Source of the DNA: Nitrospirales bacterium | GTDB lineage: Bacteria; Nitrospirota; Nitrospiria; Nitrospirales; UBA8639 | DNA: 64,000 nucleotides | Direction: 5' to 3' | Assembly (NCBI GenBank): GCA_965223295.1 | Contig: CBDCWC010000002.1 | Span: 896,001-960,000, forward strand | Part shown: piece after piece, positions 40,699 through 49,003 of the stretch | How positions within the stretch are numbered: position 1 is the stretch's first letter | How the letters are laid out: each line of letters begins with the position of its first letter | Notes under the pieces: model-generated | Told to the model about the DNA's origin: nothing | Database searches by the model: none | Seen by the model: only the letters and a program-made list of their open reading frames with translations | Made by a program: the position numbers and the translations under genes

Positions 40699-40888
40699 GG
40701 GAATGTTGAAAAAAGCCGCCAGCGGCGTTCTCGCCATTGTTCCATACTCACGTATTTCCGGTACGCTCCGCGCGCAAACATGGCTGTGATCTTGCTGGAC
40801 AACATTTTTGAATAGCCCCGATGTTGTTGATGGCGAACCGCTTCCGGGCGAAATATGGCCCTTGATATCTTCGTTATTCAACACTCCC
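40699..40888 (-). mobile_element. MITE-like repeat, copy E (overlaps the recN stop)
   Basis: GGGAATGTTGAAAAAAGCCGCCAGCGGCGTTCTCGCCATTG...TTATTCAACACTCCC is the reverse complement of the family. Confidence 0.85.
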
Positions 40889-42553
40889 TTTGAGTAATTC
40901 TTTGGCCGTTCTTCGGAGAGTGGGCGTCAAAGTCTCTCCACCCAGCATACGCGCAATTTCATCTTCCCGATCAACACCCGTGCTTTCTTGGACTGTTGTC
41001 AGCGTTCGATCCTCCACCGTCATTTTCTCCACGACAAACTGTGCATGGGCTTGGGAGGCGATTTGTGGAAGATGCGTGATACAGCACACTTGATGATACT
41101 GAGCCAATTGCCTTAGACGATGCCCCATGACCATGCCGGCTTCTCCTCCAACGCCACTGTCAATTTCATCAAAAATAACGACCGGGGTCTGGTCATTTCC
41201 TGCAAATACCGTTTTCAAGGCGAGCATAATGCGAGACAATTCCCCGCCAGACGCAATCTTACCGAGCGGCATGGGCGGCTCTCCAGGGTTTGGCGCCAGG
41301 AGAAGTTCGAGTCGGTCCATACCAGTAGGCCCAAATCTCTCGTGATCCTGGTTGGCAATAAGATTTATCTCTATCTGCATCGCATCCATCTTGAGTGCAT
41401 CAAATTCCTGTTGAATGTGCTTGGCCAATTGCTTGGCCGCTTTTTTTCTTTTCGCAGACAAGGCTTTTGCTGAAACTTCCAGAGACGCCAGACTGGTTGT
41501 CACCTCGGCTTGAAGTGTGGCTACTTGCTGATCTTTGTGTTGCAGAAATCCTAAGTCGTCTTCTAGGGTTTGCGTAAACTCAATTAACTCTTCGACTGTT
41601 TTGCCGTATTTCTTTTTGAGTCGCTGCAAACCGGCTAAACGACGATCAATCACTTCCATGCGCTTTGGGTCAGATTCTGCCTGAGAACGAAAATTACGCA
41701 GAGATTGGGTCACTTCCTGCAGAGCAATAGTAGAGGACTCTAAGAGCGGCACCCACTCCTGACATTGGGCGTCAATCTGAGCAAGTTCTTGCACCCAGAT
41801 TGTCACATTCTGAAGTTGCGCAAGAACTGAATGGTCCCCATCATACAAAGCGTCATAGGACTGATGAGACAACTCACCTAACTTCCCACTGTGCTTGAGA
41901 CGATGATATTCTTGACTAAGCAACTCCTCCTCGCCAACTTCCAATTGCATGTTGCTTAATTCTTCATATTGAAATTGCAGCATGTCTTCACGAGCCCATT
42001 GTTCTTGCAGACGCAGTTGTAAGGCATCCAACGCCTGTTGCTTGGCCTTCCATTCCTCATAGCGTTGTTGAAAGGTTTCAACCTCGCGATGTAATCCACC
42101 ATGTGCATCTAACAGCTCAAGCTGCGTTTTCGAAGACAAGAGCGATTGCTGATCATTTTGTCCATGAATATCAACTAGCTGTCGTCCAATTTCCTGAATG
42201 GTTTGGACCGGCGCCAATTGTCCATTCACATAACTGCGATTTTTCCCCGAGCGTGCCACAATACGTCGGATAAAGATTTCTTCCTGATCAGAGAGTAGGT
42301 ACCCATCTTGGCGAAGTTGTGACACTAAAGGATGGGATTTAGGGAGGAGGAAGCAGGCTTCTAACAAAGCTTCCTCAGCACCAAAGCGAATATGATCTGA
42401 AGAAGCCCGGCCTCCGGCAAGTAAAAGGAGAGCATCAATAAGCAGAGATTTCCCTGCGCCAGTTTCCCCCGTTAATACGAGAAAACCGGCTGGCAACGTC
42501 AAATGAAGCTGGTCAATGAGGGCGAAATTTGAAATTCTCAGCTCGGTTAGCAT
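40874..42553 (-). CDS. recN: DNA repair protein RecN
   Basis: LTGETGAGKS, DIHGQ, ASGGELSR, FDEIDSG, ITHLPQIA, EIARML. Confidence 0.96.
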   Translation of the reverse strand: MLTELRISNFALIDQLHLTLPAGFLVLTGETGAGKSLLIDALLLLAGGRASSDHIRFGAEEALLEACFLLPKSHPLVSQLRQDGYLLSDQEEIFIRRIVARSGKNRSYVNGQLAPVQTIQEIGRQLVDIHGQNDQQSLLSSKTQLELLDAHGGLHREVETFQQRYEEWKAKQQALDALQLRLQEQWAREDMLQFQYEELSNMQLEVGEEELLSQEYHRLKHSGKLGELSHQSYDALYDGDHSVLAQLQNVTIWVQELAQIDAQCQEWVPLLESSTIALQEVTQSLRNFRSQAESDPKRMEVIDRRLAGLQRLKKKYGKTVEELIEFTQTLEDDLGFLQHKDQQVATLQAEVTTSLASLEVSAKALSAKRKKAAKQLAKHIQQEFDALKMDAMQIEINLIANQDHERFGPTGMDRLELLLAPNPGEPPMPLGKIASGGELSRIMLALKTVFAGNDQTPVVIFDEIDSGVGGEAGMVMGHRLRQLAQYHQVCCITHLPQIASQAHAQFVVEKMTVEDRTLTTVQESTGVDREDEIARMLGGETLTPTLRRTAKELLKGSVE

Positions 42554-42578
42554 TGCACCGAGTGTTCTGCCCTAGCAG

Positions 42579-42926
42579 TTAGGCCGTGGCAGAGGATTCT
42601 GACAAGAGTGAGTCAATGATCTCTTTAAATTGTTGTTTCGGCCGTGCTCCAACAATTTTTTCAACCACCTGACCGCCCTTAAAAAAGAGTATACTGGGAA
42701 TACTCATGATTTGGTATTGGCCAGCTACCTCGGGCGCTTCATCGGTATTGAGTTTCATAACTTTGAGACGGCCCTGATATTCTTGCGCCAATTCCTCCAC
42801 AATTGGGGCCACCATTTGACATGGGCCACACCACACGGCCCAGAAATCCACCATGACCACGTCCGAGGATTTCATGACTTCCCCATCCCAATTTGATGCA
42901 TCAGCTACGGCGACAAGATCAGACAC
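42579..42926 (-). CDS. trxA: Thioredoxin
   Basis: [16 protein letters not shown] start with AAGGAGG RBS. Confidence 0.96.
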   Translation of the reverse strand: MSDLVAVADASNWDGEVMKSSDVVMVDFWAVWCGPCQMVAPIVEELAQEYQGRLKVMKLNTDEAPEVAGQYQIMSIPSILFFKGGQVVEKIVGARPKQQFKEIIDSLLSESSATA

Positions 42927-42976
42927 GGACAGCCTCCTTTAGGAAAGATAGGTGTTGAGAGCCAGGTAACAGGGTC

Positions 42977-43006
42977 ATCCTAAAACTGCCTTCTGTGGAC
43001 TGTCAA
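42977..43006 (-). promoter_or_regulatory. Candidate sigma70 promoter of trxA-recN
   Basis: Minus strand TTGACA-18 bp-TAGGAT. Confidence 0.5.
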
Positions 43007-43094
43007 CTCGCATGTCGATTCCCCAGCTCAATATGAAGCGTAGATGGTTCTTCAAATACTGGAGAAAATATAAATGATGTCGGCAAACATCTTC

Positions 43095-43658
43095 TTACCA
43101 TTGCCATTCTTGGGGCACCCCTGCCCACCAAGAATCAGGTTGCGCTTTTCGCCAGGCACTTTGTTGCATCCACATTTCATCAGTACGTGCACGATCAAGT
43201 CTATTGGCCATAGAAGCGGTGATATCAAATTGCTGACGCAACCCCTCATGAATCAGCTCCTGAGCCATTCGGGGCATGACATTCGGTGGGTCAATAATGT
43301 CAATCACTTCACGTGCAGTTAAATTCAAGGACAATTGTTCCACTTTAACGTAATCTTCTTGTTTCGCTAAAAAATCCAAATATCCATCAATAGCTTGATA
43401 GACATACGCTAGATAGACATATGCTTCTACCGACGGATATTGGTCAATATATTCATTACAGGCCTCGATTGCCCGCCGATAATCCCCTGCTTGAACATAT
43501 GCCTTGGCTCGAGCTAAATGGGCATTCTGGGTTTGTTGGACTGTTTCACGTTGAGCCAGGCCAACAGGAATATCTAATACACCAAAAAAAATGACGAAAA
43601 ACAGAGAGAAAAATACACCAAATTGCTTGCAAACCTTCAGTTGTGTGTTCTCATACAT
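43095..43658 (-). CDS. Exported hypothetical protein with a TPR-like helical hairpin
   Basis: Hydrophobic N-terminal segment, then A..Y...GDY..AI.A...PS.EAY..LAY.Y. Start is uncertain. Confidence 0.65.
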   Translation of the reverse strand: MYENTQLKVCKQFGVFFSLFFVIFFGVLDIPVGLAQRETVQQTQNAHLARAKAYVQAGDYRRAIEACNEYIDQYPSVEAYVYLAYVYQAIDGYLDFLAKQEDYVKVEQLSLNLTAREVIDIIDPPNVMPRMAQELIHEGLRQQFDITASMANRLDRARTDEMWMQQSAWRKAQPDSWWAGVPQEWQW

Positions 43659-43966
43659 GGCAGTGCTCCATGGTCCAATAGAATTTTTGCCGTGCTCTGA
43701 CATTCTTCCTAGCAATCTTTTCTAAAATTGTCATATTTTTTATCACTTTCCAAAAACTAGAATTTTCCTCTCATTTCAATGCACTGAGAGAAATTAAAGA
43801 AAAAATCTTGTCCTTTTGAGCTATTCCACTGCTTTAAGAATCACGACGATTGACCTTCTTTGTAAGCCTCTCAGACACTTTCTCGCCGGCTAGATGCTCT
43901 GAACAACCTCACTCTTTGAATTATAACCATCACCAAAAAATCCTGATAAATAGTCCCCCAAACCAG

Positions 43967-43982
43967 TGGCATACCTCTTGCG
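43967..43982 (+). promoter_or_regulatory. sigma54 (-24/-12) promoter candidate for the cell wall hydrolase gene
   Basis: TGGCAT-ACCTC-TTGCG matches TGGCAC-N5-TTGC, about 100 bp upstream of the ATG. Confidence 0.55.
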
Positions 43983-44081
43983 GATATGTCCATATAGCCA
44001 GTCACCACTCTAAACAGGGGTGATCAATACAGAGTATTTATCCATAACGAACAGCAACGAACCGAATGACTCGGTGACCTA

Positions 44082-44654
44082 ATGATAAAACGACACCTCT
44101 CACTCCTTCACATTAGCATGATCATAGGCATCGAAACGGTTGTTCTCTGTTTGTTGCCACTGACTCCATTACCGGCCAATACCACCGATATTGCGGCAAG
44201 CCTTTCTTCATATTCACAAAATTCCCAAGGACTGGTAAAGCATGTTCAACATTCTCACTCGCGGCATTCAGATGAGATTCTGGCGGCACTCACGATTTAT
44301 CTTGAGGCACGGGGGGAAAGTTTTGCGGGGAAAATGGCTGTGGCTGCTGTCATCCGCAATCGCATGACGCATAGGTATCACAGCGATGGGACAGTCAGAG
44401 GCACCGTTCTACGAGCCTTTCAGTTCGAACCATGGATCAAACGATCACCTGAAAACGTTCGATTTAACCCACATAATCGAAAGATGCAAGAAAGTTTACT
44501 GGCGTGGAGACTGGTACAAGACGGGCGAAAAGTCGTGAAAGGAGCCGTACTCTTCTATAATCCAACCTTAGTCAGTACCCCCCGTTGGGCGGAGGTTAAC
44601 AGAAAAGTCGCGACAATCGGCGGGCATGAGTTTTTCAATAAACATCAAATTTAA
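44082..44654 (+). CDS. SleB/Hydrolase_2 family cell wall hydrolase
   Basis: IYLEARGE...G..AVA.VI.NR, QFE, GA.LFYNP, IGGHEF. N-terminal hydrophobic segment. Confidence 0.9.
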   Translation: MIKRHLSLLHISMIIGIETVVLCLLPLTPLPANTTDIAASLSSYSQNSQGLVKHVQHSHSRHSDEILAALTIYLEARGESFAGKMAVAAVIRNRMTHRYHSDGTVRGTVLRAFQFEPWIKRSPENVRFNPHNRKMQESLLAWRLVQDGRKVVKGAVLFYNPTLVSTPRWAEVNRKVATIGGHEFFNKHQI

Positions 44655-45533
44655 TTATACTTGTGCATCCTCTCTTCTTCGCAAATTTTTAGGTCGGCCC
44701 TTTGATTTGGTTCCATTTTCAATGCGATCTAACTCTACCCTCAATTGTCGAAGCGCCCCCGAATGGACTCGACAGACTCCTGACTCAGTGAGGCCCAACC
44801 GCCCTCCAATTTCCTTCATCGTTATTCCCGCATGATAGTAGAGCTGTAGCACTTCCTGCTGGCGTGAGGATAAGGTCATCAAGGCCGCTTCTAGCGCGGC
44901 TTTCATCTCAGCATCGGCACAGACCATAAAGGGATCATGATGTTCCAGGTCAGGGAGAACTTCTCGCAACGTACATCCATCTTCCCCTTGGCCAATGGGT
45001 TCATCCAGGCTCAGCAGCCTAGGATTACAGGCTGTAATGCTCTCAACCTCTTCTCGAGAGAGCCCGATGGCTTTTGCCAGTTCTTCCGTTGTTGGAATCG
45101 TTCCGTTTCGTTGAACATGCTCGTCAACTGCTTGGCGAATTTGCTCCCGACGTGTACGCACCGACCGTGGCACCCAATCCATGGCTCGAATTTCATCTAA
45201 CATCATCCCGCGAATCCGATATTCCGCAAAAGTTCGAAATTTAATATCTCGAGTCGGATCATAACGTTTCAGGGCACTCAATAAGCCCATGGCCCCCACA
45301 CTCGTGAGATCTTCTACGTCCAATGAAAAAGGATTTTTTAAAGCCATAGCGCCAGCCATTCGACGAATCATGGGAAGAAATTCTTCAAGAAGGGCCATCA
45401 TGTGCTCCTGATCCACTTCTGCCGGAAAGGCATTGGCCTCTGAGGCTGTTGCTACGTTTGTCGCCAGACAAACAGCTACCGGCTCTGAAACTTCTACAGT
45501 AAGCCCATTCGTATGCTGTCCCTGTTCGTTCAT
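44655..45533 (-). CDS. FliA/WhiG-family sigma factor
   Basis: EDL..VG.MGLL.A..RYDP.R..KF.TFAEYRIRG.MLDE.R.MDWVPRS, and L.Y....TMKEIG..LGLTES.VC..H. Probable start at 45533. Confidence 0.92.
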   Translation of the reverse strand: MNEQGQHTNGLTVEVSEPVAVCLATNVATASEANAFPAEVDQEHMMALLEEFLPMIRRMAGAMALKNPFSLDVEDLTSVGAMGLLSALKRYDPTRDIKFRTFAEYRIRGMMLDEIRAMDWVPRSVRTRREQIRQAVDEHVQRNGTIPTTEELAKAIGLSREEVESITACNPRLLSLDEPIGQGEDGCTLREVLPDLEHHDPFMVCADAEMKAALEAALMTLSSRQQEVLQLYYHAGITMKEIGGRLGLTESGVCRVHSGALRQLRVELDRIENGTKSKGRPKNLRRREDAQV

Positions 45534-45975
45534 GTTCTGGCCTTTCCTTTTTTGACCAAAAAAAATGCGTCCAATTCCGAGGAATGGGCGCATAATCGAA
45601 CGCACGTCAGACGGCATACAGTTCGGTAACCAGACTAACCCTGAAATTCATATTCAATTCAGGGTCTCTTGGCTTTGCGCCCTATCCTCGCGGATAGTTT
45701 GCCTTTGTCACCTGTTCAATCACTTAATTTACAATGAATACCTCTTTACTCATTTTTTTTGATCCTGCCTTTTCCGAATCAGTTGTATCACCGATCTTGC
45801 TATGAAGCCGAATCATGTTTCTGCCCTGTGCTAGTGTTATCGGGATCGTGGTTTTTCGAATTAAGGAAAAAACTTGACTGATCTAGGAAAAAGCATAGAA
45901 ATTCATAGATTGCACACTATCGCTCACAAAATCCCCATGGGTTTTTGAGGAAAAAATACTGATTTGTTGAAAAAA

Positions 45976-47064
45976 TTAGCGCAATTTCAGAAATAAATTG
46001 GCCCCAACAAGACAGAACATCAGAGTGGCAATCCAACTGCCGACGATGGGTAGCACCGCTCCGTTTTGTCCCAGCACAATCCCAACCGAATGAGCGGCCC
46101 AAAACAGAAAACCGATGGCTAAGGTTTGTCCCACGCCTTTGGCCACCCCCACACTTCGACCACCGCTTCCCCGCAAACTTAACGAAACGCCTAGAACCGT
46201 CATAACAAATGGAACCATTGAATAGGCCACTCGGGCCCAGTAATCGGTTAAATGCCGCTGCGGATTGTGTCCATCTCGCGTCACCCGTTCGATATACTCA
46301 CACAATTGGTAGAGCGTCATATTTTTAGAATCGTGTGACAACCAATGTTGAAAATCTTCAGGAGTGAGTGGAAGCGAAACAATACGATGAGGCTGTTCCT
46401 GAACCTCAACCCGACCATCATTTCGCACATCGCGCTGTACAACATTTTCCATTTTCCATTTTCCGTCAGAAAATACTGTCTTTTCGGCTTCAACAATCGT
46501 AGAAAGCTGAAAAGGCTCACTCATCGTATACTGATGGAGACCCGTCATGTGAGTTCCGGCTCGTGAGACCGAATCAATCCGCCACAACTGGGTCAGTCCG
46601 ACACGCAGCCATAGACTATCTGGAGTAGAGACCAGGGCCTCAGGTTTTTTCTGAATTGAAACAGATTTCACGTACTCAGCTTTTAGGTTGGCCAAGGGGA
46701 TTATCACAGCCGTTAGGCTGAAACCCACCAGACTGACAGCCAGACCAAAAGCAAAAAACGGCATAGCAATCTGGTAAAAACTGAGGCCACAACTCCGCAT
46801 GGCCGTAATTTCACGAGTCCGATTCAACCCTCCTACCGTGAGAATTGAGGCCATTAATGCCCCCAATGGGGCGAGCAGAAATACAAGTTCTGGAATTCGA
46901 TAGAGAAAAAAACTAAGAATTAAAGACAAATCGGCGTCGTATTTGAGAAATTTTCGTAATTTCTCAAAAAAATCAATGACCAAATAGATAGTCAAGACCA
47001 AGGTCAAACACAACAGAAAGTTTCGACTGAACTTTCCAAATACATACCAAAAAACTTTATTCAT
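45976..47064 (-). CDS. lptG: LPS export ABC permease LptG
   Basis: EITAMRSCG.S motif, LptF/G topology, downstream of the LptF paralogue. Confidence 0.85.
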   Translation of the reverse strand: MNKVFWYVFGKFSRNFLLCLTLVLTIYLVIDFFEKLRKFLKYDADLSLILSFFLYRIPELVFLLAPLGALMASILTVGGLNRTREITAMRSCGLSFYQIAMPFFAFGLAVSLVGFSLTAVIIPLANLKAEYVKSVSIQKKPEALVSTPDSLWLRVGLTQLWRIDSVSRAGTHMTGLHQYTMSEPFQLSTIVEAEKTVFSDGKWKMENVVQRDVRNDGRVEVQEQPHRIVSLPLTPEDFQHWLSHDSKNMTLYQLCEYIERVTRDGHNPQRHLTDYWARVAYSMVPFVMTVLGVSLSLRGSGGRSVGVAKGVGQTLAIGFLFWAAHSVGIVLGQNGAVLPIVGSWIATLMFCLVGANLFLKLR

Positions 47065-47092
47065 CGTAACGCCATTCTCACCTCACCCTCAT

Positions 47093-48202
47093 TCACTGTT
47101 TACGAGCCTGATTCAGCATCCATATGGTAATGACTATCAAAAGAACATTAGGCAGCCATGCTCCAGCCACTGGGGCCATGCCTCCGGTCGTGACCAAAAA
47201 TTCACCCAAGACATTCAGCATATAAAATCCAATCACCACCAATACTCCAATAGCAAAGCCACCAGCTCTTCCAGATCGTTTGGAGACAATGCCCACAGGA
47301 ACACCCAGCAATCCCAGAACAAACGTACTAACGGGAAACGCAGTATCTTTATGATATTCAATCAACCGCCGAAGCGTACTCGAGTCTTTGCCATCCCGTT
47401 CTTTTAACTGTTGGAGTAATTCCTCATAATTTTTTCGTTTAGCCTTGGCTTTCGCTGACTTAAATGGTGATGGCATCCAAAAATCGTAGGTTTGAAATGT
47501 GACCCGATGAAATGCAGACGCTTCTTCGGGAATCTGGTGAATGGCACCATCAAAGAGCCGTATGCCCATTTGCCGGTTCTCGTTCTGTTTCAACATTTGA
47601 AAATGCTTTGCCACAATAATTAAGGGTTGCGCAGGATCCCGTTGATCAGAAATAAAGACTTGTTTTTTTTGATCAGGAAGGCGCTTCGTATCAGGGACAT
47701 AGACCATTAAACCCGGAATCGGCTCATTGAACACCCCGGAATCCACACCCAATGTCATTTCATCCTCTATGACACTCAGTGCTAACGTTTTCAGGGAAAT
47801 GTTTGCCCAAGGCTGCCCCCATTGAGACAACACCATCGTCAAAAGAAATACGGCTCCGGAAAAGACCACCACTGGAACGATAATCCGCCAAAGGCTCACG
47901 CCCACAGCTCGGAGTGCGATCACCTCGTTATCAAAAGACATGCGATTAAAGGCCGAAATCGTAGCAATGAGGCAGGCAATCGGTAAGGTTAAGACAAGAA
48001 ATGAAGGAAGCAGATGCATCACAATGGATCCTACCGAGGCAAAGTTAATCCCCCGAGAGATCACTAAATCCACCAGACGTAACATTTCTTTGGTAAAAAT
48101 AATAAAACAAAGCCCGATCAAACTGGTCCAAAACGGGGGAAGGAGTTCGAGAAAAATGTACCGGTCAAGAAGTCTGATCAAGGTAGTAAACAGAATGGAC
48201 AA
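47093..48202 (-). CDS. lptF: LPS export ABC permease LptF
   Basis: LDRYI, DNEVIALRAVGVS, G.FN, WLPN. Confidence 0.87.
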   Translation of the reverse strand: MSILFTTLIRLLDRYIFLELLPPFWTSLIGLCFIIFTKEMLRLVDLVISRGINFASVGSIVMHLLPSFLVLTLPIACLIATISAFNRMSFDNEVIALRAVGVSLWRIIVPVVVFSGAVFLLTMVLSQWGQPWANISLKTLALSVIEDEMTLGVDSGVFNEPIPGLMVYVPDTKRLPDQKKQVFISDQRDPAQPLIIVAKHFQMLKQNENRQMGIRLFDGAIHQIPEEASAFHRVTFQTYDFWMPSPFKSAKAKAKRKNYEELLQQLKERDGKDSSTLRRLIEYHKDTAFPVSTFVLGLLGVPVGIVSKRSGRAGGFAIGVLVVIGFYMLNVLGEFLVTTGGMAPVAGAWLPNVLLIVITIWMLNQARKQ

Positions 48203-48409
48203 TCAAGCAAGGCCGACTAGGGATTCTTGGGAAAAAGGCCGTAAAAGCGAGAATTCAGCCATCATAGCTTCAGATTTTCTTTAAAATTCACCAAAAAGTC
48301 ATTGAAGAAAAATAATTCTCATGCTGCCATTTATTGACAGATTTTTCAAACTATGCTAAATATTTTTTCGTTTTTCTAATAGGTACAAAGTGAAAGATTA
48401 CGCTGCTGG

Positions 48410-48452
48410 AAGCCGAAAAAGGAAAGAAGTCCTTTTCGGCTTTTTCTTTTTC
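48410..48452 (+). terminator. Intrinsic-terminator-like hairpin in the csp leader
   Basis: AAGCCGAAAAAGGA-aagaag-TCCTTTTCGGCTT followed by TTTCTTTTT, 50 bp upstream of the csp ATG. Confidence 0.6.
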
Positions 48453-48502
48453 ATAGATACCATTTTTCTACTATAAATTTTTCACTATCAGTAGAGGGGG
48501 GC

Positions 48503-48730
48503 ATGAACGTGAAAAGTAAAGGAACCGTCAAATGGTTTAATGATCGAAAAGGCTTTGGCTTTATTCAAGTTGAAGGTGGGCAGGATGTTTTTGTGCATTA
48601 CTCTGCCCTTCAAGAAGATGGGTTCAAATCTTTAAAAGAGGGGGAATCTGTCGAGTTCGACTTAGTAGAGGGTGCAAAAGGCCCTCAAGCCTCTAACGTC
48701 ACGAAAGCAGGAATTGTGCAACCATCCTAA
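48503..48730 (+). CDS. Cold-shock protein (CspA family)
   Basis: [27 protein letters not shown]. Confidence 0.97.
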   Translation: MNVKSKGTVKWFNDRKGFGFIQVEGGQDVFVHYSALQEDGFKSLKEGESVEFDLVEGAKGPQASNVTKAGIVQPS

Positions 48731-48750
48731 GTTTTTTAGAGGTTCGCAAG

Positions 48751-48783
48751 GAACAATGGCGTTTTTTGTGGGTGCCATTGTTC
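48751..48783 (+). terminator. Hairpin after csp (possible terminator)
   Basis: 11-bp stem GAACAATGGCG / TGCCATTGTTC. No strong U-tract. Confidence 0.4.
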
Positions 48784-48902
48784 AATAGCTCAAAAGTTTC
48801 TCGACTTTTCATGAGAAATTACGCACATCTGTAAACAGATGAGTGTCTTGATGGTCTCTTTCAATTAGATCGACTCAAGTCCATAGACTTGTGAGTGATT
48901 TC

Positions 48903-48932
48903 TTGACTTCGCTCATTTTCCCCTGATAGACT
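48903..48932 (+). promoter_or_regulatory. Candidate sigma70 promoter of the NHL gene
   Basis: TTGACT-18 bp-TAGACT with an extended -10 TG. Confidence 0.5.
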
Positions 48933-49003
48933 TCCATCATAAGTTATTGTATTTATTAGAAAAATCAAACAAAATACGGTGTTTTTTACCCTAGGGGAAC
49001 AGT

